A stretch of DNA of 64,000 bases from an uncultured Methanoregulaceae archaeon (GCA_963737635.1 CAVTTL010000001.1:2240001-2304000); one strand, 5' to 3'. Numbered from the stretch's first letter, positions 41,747 to 52,515 are shown. The notes: generated by a model not told the origin, from the letters alone. A program made the numbers and translations.

Positions 41747-42233
41747 GATAAATCACTTCTGAATCATTTCAGCAAATTTCCCGGTGATTTCGAGATACTC
41801 ACCGTTATCCACTTCTTTTTCAACCCTCGCCAATGGTATATGCCTCATCGAAGGAGATGGGGAATAATTCCGAATCTCGCTGGCGTACCATACATTGTAT
41901 ATCGACAGATTGTGTATATATTAATTGTCAAATCTCTATTGTATATCTTCATAAATATAGAGACAATCCGTAATTGATACACTTTTGACTCTGATATTTC
42001 GGCAGGACTTCATCGATAAAACAGGAGGGAGAATTTTCACGATGCCATTATTCACTAGAATAATCCTCCGACAAATTATCAAAATCTGATTTCGAGTCCG
42101 GTGAACTTACCTGATTCCCAGATAACCTCAATGAAGACCGATATTTCGATCGACGACGTTAAATCAAAATTCGGTTTCGGTTAATAAACAACAAATGATT
42201 GGAACAAAAATAGTTGACCCCGATGATTACCCA

Positions 42234-42893
42234 TTATGCCTTTTGAATTCCTGCCAGTTTTATGGTAAATGTGAGGTTATATCCAGCAAGAGGATTATTT
42301 GCATCCCAGGTGATTGTCTTCGGCGTGACATTGATGATTTTTACCAGGCTGTAGGAATTTGTTGGTCTGTAATGAATTCTATATGATTGTCCGACGACAA
42401 AAGTCTGGTTTGCAATAGGACCGGTGCGGTTCAACGTCTGGATGAGTGCCGGGTTATACGCCCCATATGCTTGGGTATACGGTAGGATCACTGTTTTTGT
42501 CTCATTTGTTGACATCCCGGTCACTATTTCCTGAATACCGGAGATGACACTGGAATTACCGAGAGTAAATAGAAGAGGGGTGCTGTTCATGTTCGATGAA
42601 ATCACAGTACCATTTTCAAACGCTTCAGTGTAATACACAGTAACGGTATCCCCGTTGGTAGCAACCGATCCGGCAAAAAAGATGAATGCACCTGCTGCAG
42701 CGACGAGGATTACCACGATCACGCCAATCATCACGAGGAAGTTTCTGGATTTCTGCTCCGGCTTAGCATCAGCTTTGTTTTCAGGCGTCTGGTTCACAAC
42801 ACCGGAAGTACTTTCCGGAACATTCGGAGTTTTTTCTCCAGCGCTTTCATTCTCTTTCGTCATTTCTTCTTTTATGGGTTCTGGTTCACTCAT
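42234..42893 (-). CDS. Membrane-anchored FKBP-type peptidyl-prolyl isomerase-like protein
   Basis: N-terminal TM, GDTVTVYY, PLLFTLG, AYG, DANNPLAGYNLTFTI. Confidence 0.85.
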   Translation of the reverse strand: MSEPEPIKEEMTKENESAGEKTPNVPESTSGVVNQTPENKADAKPEQKSRNFLVMIGVIVVILVAAAGAFIFFAGSVATNGDTVTVYYTEAFENGTVISSNMNSTPLLFTLGNSSVISGIQEIVTGMSTNETKTVILPYTQAYGAYNPALIQTLNRTGPIANQTFVVGQSYRIHYRPTNSYSLVKIINVTPKTITWDANNPLAGYNLTFTIKLAGIQKA

Positions 42894-43043
42894 ATTCCTT
42901 CACTTCACCGTTATCATAATACTCTTAAATTTTGGCGCAGAACGGGAAAAAGTTCACGGTCACTGATGATTCGCCGTTTAACCGACCAATCGAAAACTGA
43001 GATCTATCCCTTCGAGGGTGGCACTACTAGAAACAATAGATGT

Positions 43044-44354
43044 TTATGCAAACATCCGCCCTTCTACGTCAGGATGGGTACGGCTGAAATCAATACGAAC
43101 CTTTTCGATTGCCTGCAGGAAATCCTCACTGGTAATCGCGGTACGCTCGTTCCTGATGGCGTACATCCCGGCTTCCATGCAGATCGCACGGAGGTCCGCC
43201 CCATTCTTTCCTTCGGTGAGGTCCGCTATTTCCTGGAGATTAACCGTGTTATCCATGGTGAGGGACCGGCTATGGACCTTCAAGATGGAAAGCCGGCCTT
43301 CTTCATCAGGAAGCGGGATCTCTATGATCCGGTCAAACCTGCCTGGCCGGAGCAGTGCCTTATCGAGGATATCAATCCGGTTCGTCGCTCCGATAATTTT
43401 CACGTCGCCCCGGTTCTCAAACCCGTCCATGCCGGCGAGGAGCTGCATGAGAGTGCGCTGTACTTCACGGTCTCCCGAAGTATTCGCCTCGGTGCGCGAG
43501 GCGCCCACTGCATCGATCTCATCGATGAAGATAATTGTCGGAGATTTCTTCTTTGCAAGGTCGAAGAGTTCGCGGACAAGACGGGCGCCCTCTCCGATAT
43601 ATTTCTGGACAAGCTCGCTTCCCACAACCCGCATGAAATGCGCATTCGTTTCGTGGGCAACTGCCTTTGCAAGCAGTGTTTTTCCGGTCCCCGGTGGCCC
43701 ATGAAGCAGAACACCCTTGGGAGGTTCGATCCCAATCTGGGTGAAAAGCTCGGGGCGCTTGAGGGGGAGCTCCACTGCCTCGCGGATTTCATTTATCTGC
43801 TCTTTTAACCCCCCGATATCAGAATAACTTTCCTGCGGGGAATCCACTAGTTCCATACCATAGACTTGTGCGTCAAAAGAACTCGGCAAAAGTTCGACAA
43901 TGGCAAGAGACTGCTGGTTAAGCGTGCAACGGACACCGGACTTAAGATCACCCGGGTTAATACTGGGAGAACTTCGCACTAAGAACCTTGGTCCGGCACT
44001 GCTCCTGACAATAACCCGGGTGGCATCGACTACATCAACGATGGTTCCGATGATAAGCGGCGGGCTCCTGAGCTGTTCGCTCTCGCTCTTGAGTTTCCTT
44101 ACCTCCCGCTCGTACCGGATCTTCTGGGTCTCGATATATCGTTTGTCCGCCTCAATTTGGCGGATCTGCTCGCGGAGCTCAAGGTTGCGTGACTCAAGAC
44201 CGGTCACCCGTTCCAGCATCTGGGTCTCGAGATCCTGTTTGTCGTTCTCGATCCTCTGGAGCTGGTCACGGAGCTGTTCAGTGAGGGTGCGGTACAGCCT
44301 ACACAGTTCTTCCGGGGTCTGTGCATCGGCGGTGTCGCGGAGAATATCGCCCAT
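43044..44354 (-). CDS. pan: Proteasome-activating nucleotidase (PAN), paralog 2
   Basis: Long coiled coil, [29 protein letters not shown]; C-terminal MFA. Confidence 0.96.
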   Translation of the reverse strand: MGDILRDTADAQTPEELCRLYRTLTEQLRDQLQRIENDKQDLETQMLERVTGLESRNLELREQIRQIEADKRYIETQKIRYEREVRKLKSESEQLRSPPLIIGTIVDVVDATRVIVRSSAGPRFLVRSSPSINPGDLKSGVRCTLNQQSLAIVELLPSSFDAQVYGMELVDSPQESYSDIGGLKEQINEIREAVELPLKRPELFTQIGIEPPKGVLLHGPPGTGKTLLAKAVAHETNAHFMRVVGSELVQKYIGEGARLVRELFDLAKKKSPTIIFIDEIDAVGASRTEANTSGDREVQRTLMQLLAGMDGFENRGDVKIIGATNRIDILDKALLRPGRFDRIIEIPLPDEEGRLSILKVHSRSLTMDNTVNLQEIADLTEGKNGADLRAICMEAGMYAIRNERTAITSEDFLQAIEKVRIDFSRTHPDVEGRMFA

Positions 44355-44408
44355 CGGTTCCTCAATTAGTTATATAGGGAAATCGTCATATAAAGTGTTT
44401 GTGAGATT

Positions 44409-44914
44409 ATGCAGTGCGAAATGTGTGGAGAAACAATTCGCGGCATCCCGAAACTGATCCGTGTGGAGGGCGCAGAACTGCAGGTCTGCAGCCGTTGTGG
44501 AAAATTCGGTACCGAAGTGCAGCAGCCCCGGAGAGCGGACGTGCAGCGACCGGCCGGTCTGCGCAAGGGGCTGCCAAGGCGCCGGCAGGACTTCCTGTGC
44601 AGCGGAAACGAGATATGTTCGATTACATGGAAGGCGAGATAGCTGAGGATTATGCCGAACGGGTAAAGAACGCCCGGATGGAAAAAGGTCTCTCCCAGAA
44701 GGATCTTGCCTTGCAGCTGATGGTGCGGGAGCTGCTCATAAAAAAGATCGAAAAAGGGGAACTGATTCCTGAAGAAGAAGTCAGGAGAAAACTTGAGAAA
44801 GTTCTCGGCATCAAGTTGGTCGATGTACTCACGACAGATGCGGAGAAAAAGACCCAGGGGAAAATTACCCAAACCCTTGGCGATCTTACTATCATCCGGA
44901 AATCTAAGAAATAA
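44409..44914 (+). CDS. mbf1: Archaeal multiprotein bridging factor 1 (Zn ribbon + HTH; indel near 44550)
   Basis: MQCEMCG..VEGAELQVCSRC, then EIAEDYAERVKNARMEKGLSQKDLA..TLGD in the second frame; divergent from pan. Confidence 0.92.
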
Positions 44915-45045
44915 CCACGAGAATATCTCCATTTTATGCATTTGAGTCCCTGAAGGACAACCGTTATCATGTTTTGTCTTAAAGGGAAGTACCAATAGCA
45001 GTTAAGATCCAGATAAGATTGCAAGGGACCGGGCCCAAGATTGGT

Positions 45046-47347
45046 ATGATCTCTATACTCTATGTCGATGATGAATCGAGCATGCTTGAAATTGGAAAAC
45101 TCTTCCTTGAACGGAACGGTCAGTTTTCTGTCGACATCATCACCTCTGCACCGGCGGCACTTGGCCTGCTTGCCGCAAAAAACTTCGATGCCATCGTCTC
45201 GGATTACCAGATGCCCGTAATGGACGGGATCGAATTCTTAAAAAAAGTCCGGGCTTCGGGAAAGACCATCCCCTTTATCCTTTTTACCGGGAAAGGACGG
45301 GAAGAGATCGTTATTCAGGCGCTCAATGAAGGCGCAGATTTCTACCTCCAGAAAGGTGGGGACCCTCTCTCTCAGTTTACTGAGCTCTGCATTCAAGCTC
45401 CGGCATGCCATCCAGAAACGATGGGCGGAAGATCGCCTCCAGGCCCAGGAAAAGCGTGAAGCAGAAATCATTAACTTCCTGCCCGATCCCACCTTTGCCA
45501 TTGACCGGACAGGAACGGTCATTGTGTGGAACCGGGCGATGGAGGAAATGACCGGGGTCAGGCCTTCAGAAATCCTTGGAAGAAATAACTATGAGCATGC
45601 TCTTGCGGTATACCACGAACGCCGCTCAATGCTCGCGGATCTCATCCTTACCCCGGATCCTCTCTTCGAGAAAGAGAGGTATATCTATACTCTCCGCGGC
45701 AGCAGGATGCTGACCGCTGAGACGGTTTTCCAGAATGCTGACGGGACAAATGTGCATCTCTGGGGTAAGGCCAGCCTTCTCCTTGGCGAGAAGGAAAACA
45801 TCGTAGGCGCGATAGAATCCATCCGCGACATTACCGATCAAAAAAAGGCGGAAAAGGAACTTCGTGCCGCGTACGAGCAGATTGCCGCAGCCGAGGAAGA
45901 ACTGCGCAGCCAGTACAATAAGCTTACCGAGGACGAGCAGATAATCCGGGAAAACGAGGAAAAATATCGCGAGCTCATCGAAAACGCCAACAGTATAATC
46001 CTCAAGTGGGATGAATCAGGGATAATTACTTTTGCAAATGAATTTGCCCGTGAATTCTTTGGCTTTTCCCACAAGGAAATCATCGGAAAACCGGTTATAG
46101 GTACTATCGTACCTGTCTCTGAATCAGGATCTGACAGAGATCTCCGTCAGATGATTGCTAATATTATCCGCCATCCTGAGGATTACATCGTTAATGAAAA
46201 TGAGAACATCACCCGGGATGGACGGCGTGTCTGGGTCCGGTGGCACAACAAACCCCTTTTTGATGAGAATGGAGCGTTTGCGGGTCTGTTAAGCATCGGT
46301 ACGGATATCACGGAGCATAAACGCATCGACGCTGCACTGAGAGAGAGCGAGGCGAAGTTCCGGGGCATATTTGCAGCTGTTTCAGATGGGCTTGCGTTGA
46401 TAGACCGGGAAGCCGGAACAATTATCGACTGTAATACCGCGGTACCGCTCATGTACGGCTATTCTAAGGATGAAATACTTGGCCTGCCCATGACCGCCCT
46501 TTCAGCCGAATCTGATGCAACACGTGCTGCGATAACAGAGGCGCAACCATATATACGGGACCGGTTTCACAAAAGAAAGGATGGTAGTGTCTTTCCGGTT
46601 GAGATTACCGTAAGTGTCACGTGCCTTCAGGCGCGCGAAGTGATAATCGCCGCTATCCGCGACGTTACCGAGTCCCGGAGGGCAGAAGAAGCGCTCCAAC
46701 AGGCAAACAGGAGTCTCGCTCTCCTTACCCATGTGACGAGGCATGACATCAACAACCAGCTTTTCGCGTTGAACGGTTTTCTTGGGTTACTTCACGAGAA
46801 GGTCAGGGATCCGGCACTTGAGGATTATTTCGCCTGGATCTCCCAGACAAATACCCGGATTTCTTCCATGATCCAGTTCGCTAGTGCGTATGAGACCGTG
46901 AGAAAAACGGATCCCGTATGGCAGGACATACGGATTCTCGCTGAAACTGCAACACACCAGATATCATTGGGGAATGTTATCGTGAAAAATGAGATCCCTG
47001 TCGGAGCGGAAGTTTTTGCCGATCCGCTGATAGTCAAGGTCTTCTATAATCTCATCGACAATTCGATCCGGTACGGAGGTAAGATTACCACGATCCGCTT
47101 CACTCTTATTGACCGGGAGGACAACGGGATTATCGTTTGTGAGGATGACGGTGCCGGTATCCCCAACGAGAATAAGGAGAAGATATTCGACCGCGGCTTT
47201 GGGAAGAATACCGGTCTTGGGCTCTTCCTCTCCCGCGAGATTCTCTCTCTCACCGGAATCACTATCCATGAAAAGGGAGAACCCGGGATGGGAGCACGGT
47301 TTGAGATTACCGTACCAACCGGAGCATACCGGTATACGGTAAAATAA
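45046..47347 (+). CDS. Hybrid REC-PAS-PAS-PAS histidine kinase (indel near 45387)
   Basis: ILYVDDE..DYQMP..FYLQKGG, three PAS, TRHDINNQL, HATPase GFGKNTGLGLF. Confidence 0.9.
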
Positions 47348-47450
47348 TAATGTTGTTAGGCTGTTTTACTCATAATTGGTTGAAGGGTAGTTATTCAGTC
47401 TCGTGAAAGCCAATGGGGAAATCAGGCAAAAAATCGGGACATTCCTGTCT

Positions 47451-47936
47451 CTACCTTTTTTGTGCGACCATTTCTATTTCGACTTTTGCCCCTTTTGGCA
47501 ACCCGGCGACCTGCACAGCAGCCCGGGCCGGGTAAGTACCGTCGAGATAGGTTGCGTAGATCCCGTTGACAGTAGTGAAGTCGCTTATATTTGTGAGGTA
47601 GATCCGGGACTGGACCACGTCCCCAAAGCTGAGACCTGATTGCTGCAGGATTGATCGGAGATTCTCCATTGTCTGTGTGGTCTGCCCTTCAACGCTGCTG
47701 CTGGTGAGGTTTCCCGTCTCTGGATCGATCCCGATCTGTCCTGAAAGGAAAACAAGGTTGCCGGATTGCACGGCTTGGTTATACGGTCCGATCGGTTTTG
47801 GCGCATTTATGGAAAATACTGCCTGAGGTGCGGAATGTACCGACTGGGAAAGGAAAAACCCGGCGAGCACCACACCCGCAAGAATCCCGCAGGCAAACAC
47901 CAGCACGAAGATAAAAATATTTTTATCAGTTGCCAT
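47451..47936 (-). CDS. RidA/YjgF family enamine deaminase with N-terminal TM helix
   Basis: APKPIGPYNQAV, LSGQI, VNGIY, PARAAVQV..LPKGAKVEIE; hydrophobic residues 7-29. Confidence 0.9.
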   Translation of the reverse strand: MATDKNIFIFVLVFACGILAGVVLAGFFLSQSVHSAPQAVFSINAPKPIGPYNQAVQSGNLVFLSGQIGIDPETGNLTSSSVEGQTTQTMENLRSILQQSGLSFGDVVQSRIYLTNISDFTTVNGIYATYLDGTYPARAAVQVAGLPKGAKVEIEMVAQKR

Positions 47937-48058
47937 CTGGGGTCACATCCGTGGTAATACACGACTCTCTTTGTGAAAGATATAACTGTCGAAACAATAA
48001 TCGTGGAGGGGTCCCTTTTTGTAGACCAGCTAATGAGGGGGAGCAGCACTGATAAAAA

Positions 48059-48709
48059 TCACGGATTCTTCCGGACCAGACGTGCCCCGAGATCGTACGC
48101 CTTCTGGCAATCTTTCGGGAACTGCACCTCCCGGTGTTTCTTCTTCTCTTCCGGGTCAAAGAGCGTGGAGACATATTTCGAATAATCATCAAACTGGTAC
48201 GTGTCGGTGACAAACATCGACTCGCATGACCCGAAGATCCGTGCCATTGCCATTTCCGTCAGCTGCGCATTCCGGTCAAAGCCCATCTCCTTCACCATCT
48301 CCTCCTTTGCCCCGGCTGTGTAGATGAAACCGGTCCGGATCTTCCTTCCGAAGAGCGTGGACCTCGGGGGGTCATAGACTGAATACTGGTACATCAGCCG
48401 TTCGAGGAAGCACCGGGTCTCTCCGGTAGTGATCGAATAATATATCGGAGAGCCGATCAGGATCGCGTCGGCTGTCTCGACGTTTTTGAAGACTGGAGTG
48501 AGATCGTCTTTCTGGGCGCAGTGCCCGTAGCTCTTTCCTCCGATCCGTTTGCAGGAGAAGCAACTGATGCAACCTCTGTAGTCCAGATCGTACAGGTGGA
48601 TGAGTTCAGTCTCCGCCCCTTCCAACTCAGCGCCTTTACAGGCATGTTCGAGAAGCGTCGCAGTGTTCCACTTTTTCCGGGGGCTCCCGTTGAACGCGAG
48701 AAGTTTCAT
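48059..48709 (-). CDS. Iron-sulfur flavoprotein / NADPH-dependent FMN reductase family protein
   Basis: NGSPRKKWNT, CISCFSC..C, GSPIY, FLERL. Confidence 0.9.
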   Translation of the reverse strand: MKLLAFNGSPRKKWNTATLLEHACKGAELEGAETELIHLYDLDYRGCISCFSCKRIGGKSYGHCAQKDDLTPVFKNVETADAILIGSPIYYSITTGETRCFLERLMYQYSVYDPPRSTLFGRKIRTGFIYTAGAKEEMVKEMGFDRNAQLTEMAMARIFGSCESMFVTDTYQFDDYSKYVSTLFDPEEKKKHREVQFPKDCQKAYDLGARLVRKNP

Positions 48710-48841
48710 AAGAATGTGTCGGAAGCTTAGGATAAAATGGTGAGGGACCTTTTTCCTGATGGTAGTGTGGGGGGGGCGAGAATTTGAAATTTTAATTAGA
48801 AAGAGGATTTAGATTCAAGGCGGAAAACTCCGACCCGCCCA

Positions 48842-49114
48842 TTTTATATACCCCGACCATGATACATGTTATCATGCAGGAAGAGTGCGCCAGCGCCCGT
48901 GAGGGTTTTTTCCCTCGGGAATGTCTTTATCCGTAAAAGCGCAGCACCCGTCCTTCGCATCAGTAATGCCATTTCTGAAAATGTAAACGCAGGCAGCATC
49001 GGCTATCGCGTTTTTGGCTTTTTTCAGCCTTTTCGGCTTCAGGTATTATCCCTGATACCGGTAATTTCCTTCATATCTGATCTGTTGTTCAGGGCTGAAG
49101 GGGGAGTTGTTGTT
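48842..49114 (+). promoter_or_regulatory. TATA box and about 240-nt structured leader with uORF upstream of the aro operon
   Basis: TTTTATATA at 48842-48850; uORF 48874-48936 [20 protein letters not shown]; hairpin 48896-48919; stem 49018-49030/49092-49104 covering the RBS. Confidence 0.45.
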
Positions 49115-49906
49115 ATGAGAGGTAAAGAAATTCGTCTGGAACGTATCATGAACCGAAATACGAAAAAAACTGTCATCGTACCGATGGATCACGGTGTCAC
49201 CAACGGCCCGATCCAAGGCCTTATCGACATGGGCCAGACCGTGAACCTTATCGCTGACGGCGGGGCAAACGCGGTTGTCGGCCACGTAGGCCTCGCCCTT
49301 TATGGCCACCGGCAGGGAGGGCGCGACATCGGGCTCATCCTGCACTTGTCGGCCTCTACCTCGCTCGGCCCGGACCCGAACGAGAAGGTGTTGGTGAACT
49401 CGGTGACCAATGCTCTTAAGATGGGCGCCGATGCAGTCTCGATGCACGTCAATATCGGGGCCGAATCTGAGGCCCGGATGCTCCAGGACCTTGGGAATGT
49501 CGCCATCGAGTGCATGGAGTGGGGCATGCCGCTACTTGCGATGATGTATCCGAGAGGAAAAGACATCAAGAAAGAGAACGATGTCGATCAGGTGAAGCTT
49601 GCCGCCCGGGTGGCAGCCGAGCTTGGGGCAGATATCGTAAAGACCGTGTACACCGGCGACCCGGAGTCCTTCCGTGAAGTGACCCGGGGTTGCCCGGTGC
49701 CGCTCGTGGTCGCCGGAGGTTCAAAGACGGATGACCGCACAACACTTGAATTGATCGAAGGCGCAATGGCGGGAGGAGCAGCAGGGATCTCGATCGGCCG
49801 GAACGCCTTCCAGCACCGGACACCGGACAAGTTTGTCCGGGCGGCGGCATGCATCGTGCACCAGAACAAAAGCGCCGAGGAAGCGCTGAAAATCCTCAAC
49901 GGGTAA
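49115..49906 (+). CDS. aroA': 2-amino-3,7-dideoxy-D-threo-hept-6-ulosonate (ADH) synthase, class I aldolase family
   Basis: [34 protein letters not shown] (Schiff-base Lys), GRNAFQ. Confidence 0.9.
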   Translation: MRGKEIRLERIMNRNTKKTVIVPMDHGVTNGPIQGLIDMGQTVNLIADGGANAVVGHVGLALYGHRQGGRDIGLILHLSASTSLGPDPNEKVLVNSVTNALKMGADAVSMHVNIGAESEARMLQDLGNVAIECMEWGMPLLAMMYPRGKDIKKENDVDQVKLAARVAAELGADIVKTVYTGDPESFREVTRGCPVPLVVAGGSKTDDRTTLELIEGAMAGGAAGISIGRNAFQHRTPDKFVRAAACIVHQNKSAEEALKILNG

Positions 49907-49916
49907 AGTGGAAATC

Positions 49917-50698
49917 ATGATAGGAAAGGAGATCAGGATCGAACGGATCATGGACAGGAACACGGGACGTGCGGTGATCATCCCGATGGACCATGGCTTT
50001 TCCATGGGACAGATTGACGGCCTGCTGGACATGACTAAGGTCATTACCGATGTGAGTGAGGGAGGGGCAAATGCGATTGTCCTTCATAAGGGCATGGTAA
50101 AAAGAGGACACCGGCGGCACGGCCGGGACATCGGGCTCATCGTGCATCTGTCGGGCAGTACGTCGCTCAACCCGGACCCGAATGACAAGGTGCTTGTCTG
50201 CACGGTGGAAGAGGCAATTGCGCTCGGAGCCGATGCGGTCTCCATCCACATCAACCTCGGCGCCCCAAACGAATCCAAGATGCTTGAGTCCGGGGCGAAG
50301 ATCGCCCGGGACTGCAACCGCTGGGGCATGCCGCTCCTTGTCATGATCTACCCCCGGGGTAAGGGTATCGACCCCAGCTCACCGCAGACCATCGGGCAGT
50401 GCGTGCGGGTAGCTGAAGAGCTGGCGCCGACCTGATCAAAACCAGTTATCCGGGCAGTCCCGAGGCATTTTCCCGGATCACCAAAGCCTGTTCGGTGCCG
50501 GTCTTTGTCGCTGGTGGCGAAAAGATCAGCGACCTTGAATCCCTCGAGATGATTAAGGATTCGGTAGCGGCGGGAGGGGCAGGTGTCTGCATGGGAAGGA
50601 ACGCGTTCCAGCGTGACAACACCCGGGCGTTTGTCCATTCCATCTGCCGCGTCGTACATCATAACGTCGACCCGAAAAAAGCATTGGAGCAGCCGTAA
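49917..50698 (+). CDS. Second ADH synthase / DhnA-type aldolase paralog (indel near 50424)
   Basis: IIPMDHG, GADAVSIHINLG, MIYPRG, (G)ADLIKTSY after frame correction, GRNAFQ. Confidence 0.85.
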
Positions 50699-51688
50699 AT
50701 GAAGCAGTTCTGGGTGGATGCCCGCCCGTGGAACAAGGAGATCGTAACAACCGCAATTGAGAGCGGGACGGATGCAGTCGTGGCCGACCGGGCCGAAGAA
50801 GTAAAGAGGCTTGGGAGAATCACGACCGTGGCACCGGACGGCGATCTCGTTCCCGGGAAAGACGTGATCGAGTGCACGATCACCGACAAGGCGAGCGAGA
50901 ACGAGGCAGCCGCGAAAGGAAAGAACAAGATCGTTATCGTTACCACGAGTGACTGGACGGTTATCCCGCTCGAAAACCTTGTCGCCCAGTCCGACCGGAT
51001 CATCGCAGCCGTAAAAGACGTCCACGAGGCGGAACTCGCCCTGCACGTCCTTGAAAAAGGAGTGTACGGCATCCTCCTGAAAAACACCGACCCGGCAGTG
51101 GTAAAAGCGGTCGCTTCGCTCATCAAAAGAGAGTCAGGCAGCGTCCGGCTCGTCCCCTTTACCGTGATGAAGATCCAGCCGGTGGGCATGGGTGACCGGG
51201 TCTGCGTGGACACTTGTTCAATGCTTTCTGACGGCGACGGTATGCTGATGGGGAACACTTCATCTGCCATGCTCCTCGTTCATGCCGAGACCCTCGAAAA
51301 CCCATACGTTGCGCCACGCCCGTTCCGGGTGAATGCCGGCGCAGTGCACGCGTACATCCTGCTCCCGGACGGGAAGACGGCGTACCTTTCCGATCTTTCC
51401 ATCGGGGGACAGGTACTCGTTTCTGACAAACGCGGCACCGCCCGATCCGCAATCGTGGGGCGCACCAAAATTGAGCGTCGGCCGCTGCTTCTCGTAGAGG
51501 CAAAGGCAGAAGGTGGGGCAAAAGCGAGCCTGATCCTCCAGAACGCTGAGACCATCCGGCTTGTGACCCCTGAGGGGAATGCCATTTCTGTCGTGAACCT
51601 TGCTGCCGGGAATACGATCCTCGGCTGTGAACTTGAAGGCGGCAGGCACTTTGGCATGCCGGTCAAAGAGACGATCCGCGAGAAGTGA
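50699..51688 (+). CDS. aroB': 3-dehydroquinate synthase II
   Basis: DWTVIPLEN, GMGDRVCVD, RPFRVNAGAVHAY, GRTKIERRPL, LQNAETI, GRHFG. Confidence 0.95.
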   Translation: MKQFWVDARPWNKEIVTTAIESGTDAVVADRAEEVKRLGRITTVAPDGDLVPGKDVIECTITDKASENEAAAKGKNKIVIVTTSDWTVIPLENLVAQSDRIIAAVKDVHEAELALHVLEKGVYGILLKNTDPAVVKAVASLIKRESGSVRLVPFTVMKIQPVGMGDRVCVDTCSMLSDGDGMLMGNTSSAMLLVHAETLENPYVAPRPFRVNAGAVHAYILLPDGKTAYLSDLSIGGQVLVSDKRGTARSAIVGRTKIERRPLLLVEAKAEGGAKASLILQNAETIRLVTPEGNAISVVNLAAGNTILGCELEGGRHFGMPVKETIREK

Positions 51689-52515
51689 GCATGAAGGCAG
51701 GCATCATTGGCGGCACCGGGAAGATGGGCAGGCTCTTTGTCCCGGTCTTTGAGCGGGCGGGATACGACGTTGTGGTCTCAGGGCGCTCGACAACCATTAC
51801 GAATACTGACATTGCACAGACCTGTGATCTGGTGATCGTCTCAGTTCCCATCCGGGATACCGTGCGGATCATCGGTGAGATCGCACCATTGTTACGGGAG
51901 GATCAGCTTCTCTGCGACTTCACCTCGCTTAAAGCCGGGCCGGTTTCCGCTATGCTCGGATCAAAGGCAGAAGTGATCGGGCTCCACCCGATGTTCGGGC
52001 CGACAGTATCGTCCATCAGAGGCCAGACCATCGTTGTGTGCCCTGTGCGGACGACTGATGTAACACTCAACAATCTCAAAGGCATCTTCCTGCGTGAGGG
52101 TGCGGTATGTACGATCACGGCACCAGAGGAACACGACCGGATGATGGCCATTGTGCAGGGGCTCACCCACTTTGTCACGATCTGCATGGCTGATTCCATT
52201 CGCAGGCTTGGCGTTGATATTCATGAGACCGAGAAGTTCATGAGCCCGGTCTACCAGATCGAACTCTCCCTTGTGGGAAGACTGCTCTCCCAAGATCCGG
52301 CGCTCTATGCCGATATTCTCGAACAGAACCCGTTTGTCCCTGAAGTACTTGCAGCGTGCCGGTCTGCAGCTGCAGAACTTTCAGCGATCGTGAACAGCGG
52401 CGATCCTGAGGCCTTTGCAGAATTCTTTTCCCGCGATACCCGGCATCTCGGTACCTACTGTGAGCGCGGCCAGGTGCTTACTGATGCCCTCATCGATTGT
52501 ATGGTGAAAAAATGA
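51685..52515 (+). CDS. tyrA: Prephenate dehydrogenase
   Basis: GIIGGTGKMG, DFTSLK, HPMFGP, EEHDRMMAIVQGLTH. Confidence 0.93.
   Translation: MSMKAGIIGGTGKMGRLFVPVFERAGYDVVVSGRSTTITNTDIAQTCDLVIVSVPIRDTVRIIGEIAPLLREDQLLCDFTSLKAGPVSAMLGSKAEVIGLHPMFGPTVSSIRGQTIVVCPVRTTDVTLNNLKGIFLREGAVCTITAPEEHDRMMAIVQGLTHFVTICMADSIRRLGVDIHETEKFMSPVYQIELSLVGRLLSQDPALYADILEQNPFVPEVLAACRSAAAELSAIVNSGDPEAFAEFFSRDTRHLGTYCERGQVLTDALIDCMVKK

Noticed and set aside
42966-43808. Long antisense ORFs (also 24724-25692, 56964-57908, 59993-60748, 34904-35638)
   Set aside because: Shadows of well-supported genes on the opposite strand, with no recognisable motifs.
48866-49114. 83-aa N-terminal extension of ADH synthase given by the ORF track
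   Set aside because: Family similarity and the paralog begin at [11 protein letters not shown] (49115), which has its own RBS. ATG 48866 is probably upstream of the transcription start, so the region is treated as a leader.
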